Below are positions 19,300 to 29,700 of a stretch of DNA of 64,000 bases, piece after piece. Origin of the DNA: an uncultured Spirochaetota bacterium (lineage in GTDB: Bacteria > Spirochaetota > Spirochaetia > JAFGXN01). How positions within the stretch are numbered: the stretch's first letter is position 1; every line of letters starts with the position of its first letter. The notes below the pieces were generated by a model that ran no database searches, had not been told where the DNA came from, and was given only the letters and a program-made list of their open reading frames with translations. Where the stretch lies: contig CALXKN010000008.1 in the NCBI GenBank assembly GCA_944388995.1, positions 17,160-81,159 of the forward strand, given 5' to 3'. Position numbers and translations under genes: made by a program.

Positions 19300-20673
19300 T
19301 TAAATCCCGGAATTTTCCTGCCCGATTTTCCGTCTCAGCCGGAAAATCAAGGCGGCCGAAATCAAAAGCGTTACGGCTTCGGCGGCGGGAACGGCCGTAT
19401 AAATTCCGTGAATTCCGAACGCTTTCGGGAAAAAGGTCAGAAACAAAACCGGCAGAACCAAGGCCCGCGCTCCGGAAATCAAAAGCGATTCGACGGGCCG
19501 GTGAACGGCCGTCATCCACGCCGAATTAATCATATTAAAACCGATAAAGAAAAACGCAAACCGGATGTACTTCGTAAATTCGCAGCCGATTTCATACGCC
19601 TTCGAAGATTTGTCGTCCAAAAAGAGATGAACCGCCGCGTCGCCGAAAAACGTTAAGAACAGAATACAGCCGGCGGAAAAGGCAAACGCGGTTATCCTCG
19701 AAATTTTTAAAATTCCGCGGATTCGGTCGCGGCGCCCGGCGCCGTAATTGACAGAAACCAACGGAGTAATGGCGTCGCTGACGGCGTACAAAGTCATTTG
19801 CCCGAACCATAAAATGTAATTGATTGCCGTAAAGGCAGCGACCCCGTCCGTACCAAAACCGGCAATCATAATCCGGTTGAAGAGAAAAACCACCACTCCC
19901 GCCGAAATTTCCGACAGAAATTCTGAGGAACCGTTAAACGCCGCCAGAAGCAGTTCATGCCAACGCCCGTCCGGCCGTTTCAGTTTCAGATTTTTCGAGA
20001 AAAAGAGAATGTAAACCAAAAACACGGCTGTCGGTCCGACCGAAGAGAGTCCGGTTGCCAACGCGGCGCCGGAAACGCCCCATTGAAAACCGACAATGAA
20101 CAGCGCGTCCAAAGCAATGTTAATGACAGCCGTCGATAACAAGCCGAACGTTGCCAGCTTCGGTCTGCCGTCAACCCGGATAAACAACGAAAACGTGTAA
20201 ACGAGTCCCCATGTCAGAAAAAACGGACTGACAGCGCGCAAATAAGCGACTGCCAGCGTGTGAAGCGAACCTTCTTTGGCTCCCAAAAAAGAGGTGACTT
20301 CTTCGGCAAAAACGAAAAAGAAAACCGAGAAAAAAATCATAACGGAAGAAACGGCTACAACCGTTTTTGTGAACATGGCGTGCGCTTTATCAAAGCGGTT
20401 TTCACCCAGATATTTTCCGACCCTCACCGATCCGCCGCTGCCGAAAACCAAATTCAGTCCGCTCATCAGCGACATAACGGGGGAAATCAGGTTGACGGCC
20501 GCCAATGACTCTTTTCCGCAAAAATTCCCGACAAACATGGCGTCGATCATGCTCGCCGACGATAACGCCAACAATGAAATGACGTTGGCAATTCCGAATT
20601 TAAAAAAAAGAGGCGTAATGCTTTTTGTCAGAATTTCGTTTTGGTTTTCATTCATAGCCGAAATGTTCGTCAT
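19300..20673 (-). CDS. MATE-family efflux transporter
   Basis: 12-TM MATE architecture. The start was chosen at MTNISAM; the track ORF extends to 20760. Confidence 0.75.
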   Translation of the reverse strand: MTNISAMNENQNEILTKSITPLFFKFGIANVISLLALSSASMIDAMFVGNFCGKESLAAVNLISPVMSLMSGLNLVFGSGGSVRVGKYLGENRFDKAHAMFTKTVVAVSSVMIFFSVFFFVFAEEVTSFLGAKEGSLHTLAVAYLRAVSPFFLTWGLVYTFSLFIRVDGRPKLATFGLLSTAVINIALDALFIVGFQWGVSGAALATGLSSVGPTAVFLVYILFFSKNLKLKRPDGRWHELLLAAFNGSSEFLSEISAGVVVFLFNRIMIAGFGTDGVAAFTAINYILWFGQMTLYAVSDAITPLVSVNYGAGRRDRIRGILKISRITAFAFSAGCILFLTFFGDAAVHLFLDDKSSKAYEIGCEFTKYIRFAFFFIGFNMINSAWMTAVHRPVESLLISGARALVLPVLFLTFFPKAFGIHGIYTAVPAAEAVTLLISAALIFRLRRKIGQENSGI

Positions 20674-20774
20674 TCTATTAAATTTACTCCGAAAAGTAAA
20701 GCAACGGAATATTTTTTTCTTGTTTTTCAAAAAAATCATGGTATAATTTTGTATAATCAAACAAGAGGTATTTT

Positions 20775-21587
20775 ATGCATCCGTTTTTTTCTCCGAACCC
20801 GGTTGTTTTGGCTCACCGCGGCGATTCAAAACGTTTTCCCGAAAATACGATGCCGGCTTTCCGTTCCGCACTGCAAATGAAAGTCGATGTTATCGAAACC
20901 GACGTTCACATTACAAAAGACGGAACGGTTGTTATCTGGCACGACGACGACTTGTCCCGGCTTTGCGGAGAAGCGGTTCCCGTTTACGAAAAAACCTATG
21001 AACAACTGCTGACGTATGACGCCGGCTGTTTTTACGTTGACGAAAACGGAAACAAACCGTTTGAAGGAAAAGGAATCACGATTGCCCGTTTTGACGAGCT
21101 TCTTGAGGCGGATGCGAATCAAAGAATCAACGTTGACATGAAAGACCCTAAACCGGAACTGGTGCGGGCCATGGCGGATCTGCTGCAGAAATACAACGCG
21201 GCCGGACGGGTTTGCGTAGCGTCGTTCCATCCGCAGAATATCCTGCTTCTGAGAAAAATCATGCCGGAAGCGTTAACGTCTTTTACTTCAAAAGAGGTGG
21301 CAAAATATGTTCTGACTGTCAATTTGGGACTCGGATTTTTATGGAAGCGTTTTCCCTCCTGTGTGTTTCAGATGCCGGAACGGATGCCGGAAACCAAACA
21401 CGGAATCCGGCTGCTGACAAAGCGTTTCATCAGATATTGCCATAAAAGAGACATCAAAATTCAAATTTGGACGATTAACGAAGCCGACGAAATGCGGCGG
21501 CTTTTGGCGATGGGAGTCGACGGATTGTTTACCGATGATCCGTCGCTGATGCTCGAAGTTCTGAAACGGCCGGTTCAAAATCCATGA
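20775..21587 (+). CDS. Glycerophosphodiester phosphodiesterase
   Basis: GDPD motifs HRGDS..ENT and IETDVHITKDG. Confidence 0.85.
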   Translation: MHPFFSPNPVVLAHRGDSKRFPENTMPAFRSALQMKVDVIETDVHITKDGTVVIWHDDDLSRLCGEAVPVYEKTYEQLLTYDAGCFYVDENGNKPFEGKGITIARFDELLEADANQRINVDMKDPKPELVRAMADLLQKYNAAGRVCVASFHPQNILLLRKIMPEALTSFTSKEVAKYVLTVNLGLGFLWKRFPSCVFQMPERMPETKHGIRLLTKRFIRYCHKRDIKIQIWTINEADEMRRLLAMGVDGLFTDDPSLMLEVLKRPVQNP

Positions 21588-22246
21588 CACTTTCAATCAC
21601 CGGTATTCTGATTCTCTTTGCCCTTTACGCTTTTTTGCTGGCGGATATTTTTGCCATTTCGTTTCACAAACCGTATTTACGGTGGGTTTTGGGGAAACCG
21701 GAACTGATGCCGATTCTGGCGCTGTTCTACTGGTACAATGCGCCGGAAATCAACCCGTTTATTATGGCGGCACTGTTCTTCGGATGGATCGGGGATCTTT
21801 TTCTTCTGAAAAAAGAAAAAACGGTATGTTTCCTTGCCGGAACGGGAGCTTTTCTCATCGGACATATTTTTTACATTCTGACCTTTGCCGAAATTTCCGG
21901 GTTTTACAAAACCGTTCCGCCGTTTGCATGGCTGATTTTAGCGGTCGGAATCGTTTTGTTGTTCGCCGCTTACTTTATTGTTCTTCAATACAAAAAAATT
22001 ATGATCCTTCCCGGACTGATTTATTATTCAGCCGTTATTTTTCTGAATTTCACTATTGCCTGTTGTTATTCTCATTTAAATCAAACGGCTTTCACTGTGA
22101 CGCTTTTAGGAAGTCTGCTTTTTTTGATTTCCGACTCACTCTTGGCTTTGCGCTCCATCGCCAAAAAACTGCCGCCGCATACGCCGTTGATTATTCTGAC
22201 TTATGTACCGGCTCAGTTTTTATTGATTATGGGAACGCTGCTGTAA
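21584..22246 (+). CDS. YhhN-family membrane protein (lysoplasmalogenase-like)
   Basis: About seven TM segments with YhhN-like conserved positions (GWIGDLFLL, FLIGHIFY). Overlaps the GDPD stop. Confidence 0.55.
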   Translation: MTLSITGILILFALYAFLLADIFAISFHKPYLRWVLGKPELMPILALFYWYNAPEINPFIMAALFFGWIGDLFLLKKEKTVCFLAGTGAFLIGHIFYILTFAEISGFYKTVPPFAWLILAVGIVLLFAAYFIVLQYKKIMILPGLIYYSAVIFLNFTIACCYSHLNQTAFTVTLLGSLLFLISDSLLALRSIAKKLPPHTPLIILTYVPAQFLLIMGTLL

Positions 22247-22248
22247 TT

Positions 22249-23049
22249 TTACCGCCACAAATAAATTTTGTACAATTTCCTCGCATAAAAATAATAGACC
22301 GCAAAATACAGAACCGTCAGAACCGCCAGAACGGGAAGCCGGTTCAAGCTGTAAATCGCCAGAAACAGGAACGAAAAAACCAGCTCGGAAAACATCAGCA
22401 GCAAATTGTCTTTCAGAGTGTTGACCTTCCGATCCGCCAGATAAATAACAGCCGTCAGCAATTCCAAAAGAATAAAAAGCAGACAAATGTACAAAAGAAC
22501 ATAAGAACGGTAATAAAGTTCCTTTCCAACGGTTGCCGAATCAATCGGAATCAGAACGGAAAGAAACGCGAATCCGACAAGCAGAACGTAAAAAATGACA
22601 TCAAACCGGTTGTTTTCGCTTCCCAGAGAAAAAAACGCGCCGCAAAACGAGTAGAGCGGAACCAGCAAAATCACCGCATAAAAAATTTTCATCCCGTAAA
22701 CGAAGAAAAAATCAAGTCCGGTTAAAATCGGATAATTCAGAAAAAATGTCTTTAAGTGAATGAACAACAGAACAAAAAGGGACAGAATATGGAAAAAAAT
22801 CTCATTGGACATAATCGTGCGGAACCGGTAATAAGTCAGTCCGATAAAACCGTAAATGAGAATCGTCAGAACAAAGAGAAAAACATAAAACGCTGCTATC
22901 GAAAAAAAATCGGGAAAATCGGCAAAACGGTAATCGTAATGGCTGCGGTTCGTCAAAAAAAAGACAAAGTTGAAAACCGATAGCAGCGGCAAAAAAAGTC
23001 CCGCCGCAAAAACGATTTTCAGCAATCGGTTGCGCATTCGGAGTGTCAT
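22249..23049 (-). CDS. Hypothetical polytopic membrane protein
   Basis: 266-aa ORF with 7-8 hydrophobic segments. Confidence 0.5.
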   Translation of the reverse strand: MTLRMRNRLLKIVFAAGLFLPLLSVFNFVFFLTNRSHYDYRFADFPDFFSIAAFYVFLFVLTILIYGFIGLTYYRFRTIMSNEIFFHILSLFVLLFIHLKTFFLNYPILTGLDFFFVYGMKIFYAVILLVPLYSFCGAFFSLGSENNRFDVIFYVLLVGFAFLSVLIPIDSATVGKELYYRSYVLLYICLLFILLELLTAVIYLADRKVNTLKDNLLLMFSELVFSFLFLAIYSLNRLPVLAVLTVLYFAVYYFYARKLYKIYLWR

Positions 23050-23126
23050 ACTTCATTATTATAAAAAAACGAAAATCATTCAAGGATTTTTTCGTTTTGT
23101 TCGATAATATAAAGACGGGAGGTTCC

Positions 23127-23804
23127 ATGAAGAAATTCGTTTTTATCGCTTTTTGTCTGCTGTCCGCGTTTTCGGCAACCGCAAACGATGTCGCTTCTTT
23201 TGCCAATTTAGGTTTTTCAAATGATTCCCGGTTCTTTTTGTTTGCCGAAACGGGGCAAAATCTCGAAAAAGGGCAAATTTACGCCAACGGATATTTGGTT
23301 GACGTTGTTAAAAATCAGTTTGTCAGAAACGGTATAAAAAAAGCCGTTTACGAAGGATCGGTCAATGCCGGTTATTCCGATGCGGGCGCTTTATTTAATT
23401 TACTTGCCGAATGGAACAATTTTTTGAAACCGTACGCCATCAACCATTTGAACACCGGCCGTTTGATTTATTCGTTGGAACCGGGAGCCGAAGCGAAGAA
23501 CGTTTTGACTTACCGTGATTTTTTTACAAAGAAAAATTACGAAATCGAGCTGAACCAAATGAAAATCGAAAATCCGTTAAAGTCGTCGTTTTTCATTTCA
23601 GTGAAGGTGACGGACGCCGACGGAAACCGGCTGGCGAAAGCGGTCGGAATGCCCGATTTTCAGCGGGAAAATGTTTCCGATTACTTTATCCGGCAAGTCA
23701 TCATATCTCCGGATAACAAACAGATCGTATTTGTAATAGCAAAAACCGTTATTATTGACGGAGAGACCTCCATTCGTTATATGGTGGAAACGCTTTCGTT
23801 ATAA
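23127..23804 (+). CDS. Secreted hypothetical protein
   Basis: The preferred start is the internal MKKFVFIAFCLLSAFSATA signal peptide. Confidence 0.55.
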   Translation: MKKFVFIAFCLLSAFSATANDVASFANLGFSNDSRFFLFAETGQNLEKGQIYANGYLVDVVKNQFVRNGIKKAVYEGSVNAGYSDAGALFNLLAEWNNFLKPYAINHLNTGRLIYSLEPGAEAKNVLTYRDFFTKKNYEIELNQMKIENPLKSSFFISVKVTDADGNRLAKAVGMPDFQRENVSDYFIRQVIISPDNKQIVFVIAKTVIIDGETSIRYMVETLSL

Positions 23805-23893
23805 TATTGTCTTTGAAAGAAGAACGACGCTTTTGTGAAAACCTTTTCGGTATCGTTGACAAAACGCCGTTCTCTCTTTATAATAATTCCATT

Positions 23894-23980
23894 GGAGAGA
23901 TGTCCGAGTGGTTTAAGGTGCACGCTTGGAAAGCGTGTGTACGGTAACACGTACCGGGGGTTCGAATCCCCCTCTTTCCG
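23894..23980 (+). tRNA. tRNA-Ser (anticodon GGA) with a long variable arm
   Basis: Cloverleaf with acceptor stem GGAGAGA/TCTTTCC (one G-U pair), D-arm GTCCGAGTGG, anticodon loop TTGGAAA, T-arm GGGGGTTCGAATCCCCC. The encoded end is discriminator G, without CCA. Confidence 0.9.
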
Positions 23981-23989
23981 TTTCCCTTG

Positions 23990-24085
23990 GGTAAGACGGC
24001 AGACAAATCGGAGCGGCTCAACCCTGCCAGGTTCGGAAGAAAGCAACAGTCGGCTGTTTCCGGTTGTGCCTGTTTTGTTTTATTC
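23990..24085 (+). ncRNA. ffs: Probable SRP RNA (4.5S, ffs) immediately upstream of dnaX
   Basis: Domain-IV-like core CCAGG-TTC-GGAA-GAA-AGCA (compare E. coli CAGG-UCC-GGAA-GGA-AGCA) with a GGAA tetraloop at 24035-24038. Lies within a long imperfect hairpin ending in a U-rich tract. An ffs-dnaX linkage is common in bacteria. Confidence 0.5.
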
Positions 24086-24108
24086 AAGGGTTTTCTTTGG
24101 GAAAAGCC

Positions 24109-25830
24109 ATGTCCTACGAAGTCACAGCCATCCGAAAGCGTCCCCATACCTTTGAATCCCTCGTCGGGCAGGAATTTGTTGTCTCTGCCTTAACGAATTC
24201 CATTGCCAACGGAAATTTTGCCCGCGCCTACCTTTTTTCCGGTCCCCACGGGGTCGGAAAAACATCCGTTGCGCGTATTTTGGCGGCCGCTTTAAACTGT
24301 GAACACGGTCCGACGCCCCATCCGTGCTGCCGGTGCGCTTCCTGCAAAGAAATCATTGCCGGCAATTCCCTTGACGTTACCGAAATTGACGGTGCTTCCA
24401 ACACATCAGTCAGCGATATCCGCGTGATAAAAGACGAAATTCTTTTTCCTCCGAATTCATCGCGTTTTAAAATCTATATTATTGACGAAGTTCATATGCT
24501 TTCCAACAGCGCGTTCAACGCTTTATTGAAAACCATTGAAGAGCCGCCTGAACACGTTGTTTTTATTTTCGCCACAACCGAAGTTCACAAAGTTTTGCCG
24601 ACCATCCGCAGCCGCTGCCAGCAGTTTCATTTCCGGTTAATCGATACCGACGTCGTTAAAAATCTGCTGAAGGACCGCTGTCTGGAAAGAACCATCCGTT
24701 TCGAAGACGACGCCCTGCTCTGGATTGCGAAGGAAGCGGCCGGTTCCGTGCGCGATGCCTATATGCTTTTCGATCAGATTTTAACCTTTTCTAATGGAGA
24801 AATAACGCTTCAAAAAATCCGGGAAAACATGGGCGTCATCGGGTTCGACCGTATCAACGATTTGGTCGTGCTGATGGCGGAGGGAAAGGAAAAAGAAGTC
24901 TTGGAAACCGCTTCCGCAATTCTTTCAGCCGGCGTTTCCATCGAACAATTAATCAACGATTTGGCCGAATATTTCCGCGGAATTCTGCTGATAAAAACCG
25001 GTATTGAAAAGGAATCTTTAATCGGAGTGCGGAAAGACCGTTATCATGCGGAAGCCGTCGGGGCATTCTCCGTTTCCGGAGTCGAAAACGCTTTATCCCT
25101 TCTGTTTTCTCTTTACAGGGATATCCGCTTTTCCGTCAACCCCCGATTTGAATTGGAATTGATTTTAAGCCGTTTATCCCGTCTAAAAGATTTTCTGACA
25201 AAAACGGAAATTTTGGAAGAACTCGGCATTCTGAAGCAACAGCTTTTAAAACAGATTTCCCTGCACGGCTCGTCCGTTTCTGTACCGGAAAAAGAGAGGG
25301 AAATTCCTGCTAAAACAACGGAGCGTCCTCCTGCCGAAGACTTGCTGTCGTCTCCGGCCGAAACGGTTTTCCGCCAACCGCCTGCCGGGTTCGCGCAACG
25401 GTCGGAGCAACCGCTGCCGGCGGCCGCGGAAACACACTCTGCCGGCGGAACGGCGGAACGGCCGCTGACCTCAAAAGAAATTCTGCCGCTTTTAATCCGG
25501 ATTGCGGTCGAAAACAAAAAACCTCTTTTGAAAACCGTCCTGTCGGAAATCAAAAAAGCGCACGCCGACGGAACGCGGCTGACGCTTTACTGTAAAAATG
25601 ATTACGGCCGGGATGCGGTTTGCCAATCGGCTCCGCTGCTTGAAAGAGAGGTTTTTGAGAAAACCGGTATCGCTTACAAAATCGACGCGGAAACCGCCCC
25701 CGATTTATCGGCCAACCTTCAGACGCCGTCGGAAGCGGCCGAACTCGAACTTTTCAGGCAGGTCTTCAACGCCGAACCGGTCGGGAAGAATCCTGTTCCT
25801 TCCGCAGAAAGCGGGGACTTGAATTTTTAA
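24109..25830 (+). CDS. dnaX: DNA polymerase III subunit gamma/tau
   Basis: Walker A GPHGVGKTS, zinc module CxxC..CxxC and DExH box IIDEVHML. The start was chosen at MSYEV. Confidence 0.9.
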   Translation: MSYEVTAIRKRPHTFESLVGQEFVVSALTNSIANGNFARAYLFSGPHGVGKTSVARILAAALNCEHGPTPHPCCRCASCKEIIAGNSLDVTEIDGASNTSVSDIRVIKDEILFPPNSSRFKIYIIDEVHMLSNSAFNALLKTIEEPPEHVVFIFATTEVHKVLPTIRSRCQQFHFRLIDTDVVKNLLKDRCLERTIRFEDDALLWIAKEAAGSVRDAYMLFDQILTFSNGEITLQKIRENMGVIGFDRINDLVVLMAEGKEKEVLETASAILSAGVSIEQLINDLAEYFRGILLIKTGIEKESLIGVRKDRYHAEAVGAFSVSGVENALSLLFSLYRDIRFSVNPRFELELILSRLSRLKDFLTKTEILEELGILKQQLLKQISLHGSSVSVPEKEREIPAKTTERPPAEDLLSSPAETVFRQPPAGFAQRSEQPLPAAAETHSAGGTAERPLTSKEILPLLIRIAVENKKPLLKTVLSEIKKAHADGTRLTLYCKNDYGRDAVCQSAPLLEREVFEKTGIAYKIDAETAPDLSANLQTPSEAAELELFRQVFNAEPVGKNPVPSAESGDLNF

Positions 25831-25853
25831 CCGAAATTCTCTTTAATACCGGT

Positions 25854-26174
25854 ATGAATCCTTTTGAAGCCTTTAAAAATTTAGGAAAAATCCAGTCCCA
25901 AATGAAAGAAATTCAGGATAAACTTGACCGCCTGTCTGAAACGGGATGTTCATTGGGGGAAACCGTCCGTGTCACACTGAACGGAAAATTTGAAATGACC
26001 GACATTCAGATCGATCCCACGTCTCTGAAGCCGGAAGATTGGGATTTGCTTCCGCCGCTCATCAAAGCCGCCCACGCCGACGCCGTTGAAAAAATTCGCA
26101 GCGCCGTGCAACGAGAAACGGCCGCTTTAACCGGCAGTTTAAATATTCCCGGTTTTCCCGGATTCGGAATGTGA
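25854..26174 (+). CDS. ybaB: YbaB/EbfC nucleoid-associated protein
   Basis: YbaB-type sequence in the canonical dnaX-ybaB-recR arrangement. Confidence 0.85.
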   Translation: MNPFEAFKNLGKIQSQMKEIQDKLDRLSETGCSLGETVRVTLNGKFEMTDIQIDPTSLKPEDWDLLPPLIKAAHADAVEKIRSAVQRETAALTGSLNIPGFPGFGM

Positions 26175-26175
26175 A

Positions 26176-26760
26176 ATGGACGCGCTTGACGCTTTGGCAC
26201 TCAGTTTTTCCAAACTGCCGGGAATCGGCCGCAAAAGCGCCCGGCGGATTGCTTTCTCGCTTTTAAAAACCGATGACCGTTTCAACGCGCTTTTGGCTTC
26301 TCAAATCATTGAACTGAAAGAAAAAATCCGGGAGTGTTCGGTTTGCGGCGCTTACTGCGAAGGAGAAATTTGTCCGATTTGCGATAACCCGCAGCGGGAC
26401 AGAACTCAAATCTGCGTTGTGGAACAGTCATCCGATTCGGCTTCGATTGAAAGCACGGGAGAATTCCACGGTCTGTACCACGTTCTGCACGGAACCATTT
26501 CCCCGCTGGACGGCGTCGGCCCTCAGGATCTGACCATTGACAAGCTGCTCAGGCGGTGCGACGGAACCGTCAGAGAGGTGATCATTGCAACAAACGCAAC
26601 GGTTGAAGGCGACACGACAGCGCTTTACCTTGTTTCATTGTTAAAAGAAAAAAACGTCAAAGTTTCCCGATTGGCATCGGGGCTTCCTGTCGGAGGCGAT
26701 TTGGAATACATCGACAAAATCACGCTTTCCCGCTCGCTGCGGGGACGAATTGAATTTTAA
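26176..26760 (+). CDS. recR: Recombination protein RecR
   Basis: HhH region (LPGIGRKSARRIAF), C4 zinc finger (CSVCGAYCEGEICPIC) and Toprim domain. Confidence 0.9.
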   Translation: MDALDALALSFSKLPGIGRKSARRIAFSLLKTDDRFNALLASQIIELKEKIRECSVCGAYCEGEICPICDNPQRDRTQICVVEQSSDSASIESTGEFHGLYHVLHGTISPLDGVGPQDLTIDKLLRRCDGTVREVIIATNATVEGDTTALYLVSLLKEKNVKVSRLASGLPVGGDLEYIDKITLSRSLRGRIEF

Positions 26761-26773
26761 CGCTTTGAATCGC

Positions 26774-29700
26774 TTATTCAGTCAGTTGCTGAACAAGAAG
26801 ATCCATTCGGTATTCAGCCGCTTCAAACGCCGACAGATGACGGAAAAATTCTTTTGCCGCCTTTTCGGGCGCGGCACCGCTCAAAACGCGGTAAAAAGCA
26901 AAAACCGCAATCAAATCAAGCATTTTTTCGCCGCGGAACCAATACTTTTCCCGGTACAGATTGACTTCCGCAAACGACAAGATTTTTTTATCTTTTAAAG
27001 CGGAAGCAAGCGTTTTATCTTTGCGGCACAACAACCGCGCAAAAACCGACAGCAAAGCGAATGTCCGGCTGCGATCTGCCTTAACGGAAGAGCGGCCGTT
27101 CAATGCTTCGAAAACCGTTTCAAACAGAATCTGTCCGTTTAAAAACTCTTCGGTCTCGGGAATACCGGCTAAAAGAGACAAAGCGGCGGTAAACGTCCAC
27201 TCTTCATGATAACCGATAAGAGAAGCCAACCACTCTGTTTGTGACGGAGAGGCGTCCGAAAGCGTTTGAGCAATTTTACCGAGCTTTTCGCAATTTTTCC
27301 CGATTCGGCTGAAAATCCGTTCCTTCCGGGTAAAAAGCGTCTGAAAGCGTTCTTTTTCTTTCAGTTTTTCGGCTGCCTTTTCGGTCTCTTTCCGGATTTT
27401 TTCGTCAAATTTCCACTGCGGAAGCTTTCCGGTTTTTTTTCCGAGAACAACGGCCGTCAGTTTTTCAAAATTCGCTTTATTTTTGTCAAAAAACGGTCTG
27501 AAAAATGCCGAAACTGCTTCAAATTCGAGTTTTTCAGCTTCAAACGCGACATCTTCGCAGCCGCTGCCGTTTAACTTCGCTCTCAGATTTTCATAACGGC
27601 CATCGAAATCTTCAACGATATGAAAATCGGTGAACAACTGATATTCGTAACCTGCCAAAAGGCAAAACAAACCGTTGTCAACCAGATCGCGAGCAGAACG
27701 AATGTACGACAAGCTTTTAATGAAATCGGTAAAAATAACATACCGCCGCTCCGTCTCTTCTATTCCGATAAAATCAGCCAACACAGTGTGTTTCATTTGC
27801 CCATCAGCTTTGTCTTTATATAAAACAGTGTGTTTTATGGTTCCGGCTGTTGATTCGTATTTATTGTTGTAAACAACCAATGCGTTTTCGTTACCGCATT
27901 TATTGGAATAGGCAAAAACATTTTCGTTTAGTCGTCCTTCGGTATCATTGAAATTGTAAAGCCGAAAATTGACGACTTCCGAAAATAGATAGCGTTTGCG
28001 AAAAATGGGGAAAATTTCCCTTTCATGCCGGTCTATCAGCCACTGATCGGGTTTTTCGTCCCATTGCGGACGGGAAAATTCCATTCCGTACTTTTCGTAA
28101 AAACCTTCGATTTGACCGTGACCGATCATCGGTAAACCCGGCATGGTTGCCAGGAGCAGACAAACTCCGAAGTATTTATCTCCTTTTCCGAATTGTTCGG
28201 CAGCAGTCTTTTCATCGGGATTGTTCATGAAATTAACATACCGCTTGAGAATATCGGGATCAAACTCCAGTGTTTCCCGAATCAAATAACGGTATTTCGC
28301 ATTTTCTTCTTTTTTGAGCATATTCATAAAAGCGCTGTTGTAAACGCGGTGCATTCCGAGAGTCCGGACAAAATAACCTTCCATCATCCAGAACGCTTCC
28401 GCCAACAGCAGTGTGTCGGGAACTTCCGCCGCCACTCGATCAACCACTTCCCGCCAAAACTCCTGCGGCATAGCTTTATTGAAATCAACCGTCAGCATTC
28501 CGTGTTCGGCACGCGTCGGAATATCTCCGCCTTGCCCGGGAGCAGGGAACCACAGCCGCTGAATGTGACGCTTGGCAAGCGTCATTGCCGCGTCAAAACG
28601 GATAATTGGAAAATTGCGGGCCACATGAAGAATCACCTGAATGACTGCTTCTTTTGCTTCCGTATTCAAAAAATTAATTTGCGCCGTATCGTTCCACGGC
28701 AAACCGGTCCCGTCGTTTCCATGGTAAATGTAACGGTTTTCATTTTTGTTTTTATCGTAGCGGCGGAACACAACGGCGCAGTCTTCTTTGCTGTAATATT
28801 TATCTTCGATTTGAACCGTAATGTTCGGATCGCCGCTCAGATCGGGTCCGTTAAAGTTGTACTGCGGATACGGATTCTCCGGCAGCTGAAGAAACCAATC
28901 CGGATGGATACTGATCCACCGCGAATCGATGGCCGTATGATTGGGAACCATGTCAGCCGAAAGCCGAATTCCCCGTTTGGAACACCGCTCTTTTAAACGT
29001 GTCAACGCCGGCCAACCGCCGAGCGAAGCGGCAATTTCGTAATCGTAAAGGGAATAAGCTGAAGCTTCCGCATCCGGATTTCCGCAAATCTGTTTGATAC
29101 GCTTGGAAGCGGCACTTCGTTCCCACAAACCGATCAGCCATAATGCTGTAATTCCTCTATCCCGTAAAATATCCAATTCGGCGTCAGGAATTTGATCCAA
29201 ACGGCGGATTTCTTTTTCGTATTTTTGCGACAGCTGCGAAAGCCAAACCAGAGTGCTTTTAGCAATCATAATGACTTTTGGCATCCAGTCGCGGTCTTCA
29301 CTGTACGCTTCAAATTCATCCAGTCCCAACCCGTAATCCGGAATTTCCGATGAACCCTCTTCGCCGCCGCTCCAAGGAAGTTTGTAATCTTCCTTGAGCA
29401 TATTGAGCGCCAGCTGCAGATCGAACAAAAAATCGGGAATTAAATCTGCCCAATTTTCAGCAATAAACGCCAACTGATCAAAAATCGAATTTGGAAAGCG
29501 CTTAAACGGTTCCCTTAAAAAATCATCAAATGAAAGCCCTTTCAATTTTCCTGAAGTTTTAAAAACCGCAGCATCGCTTTTGATTTTTTTCCGGTACAGA
29601 CTGTTTTGAAGAAGTTTTGTATTATCAAAAACCGGTTTGTATCTTAAAAGAGCCGGATTTTCATTATTTAAATCAATAATCAGGGATTTAACAAAAAATC

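Noticed and set aside
21682-22725. 347-aa plus-strand ORF, low-complexity and Q/N/R/K-rich
   Set aside because: It overlaps the YhhN gene in another frame and is antisense to the membrane-protein gene 22249..23049. It is a compositional artefact.
28193-28996. 267-aa plus-strand ORF
   Set aside because: It is antisense to the GH13-like gene, which has clear catalytic motifs.
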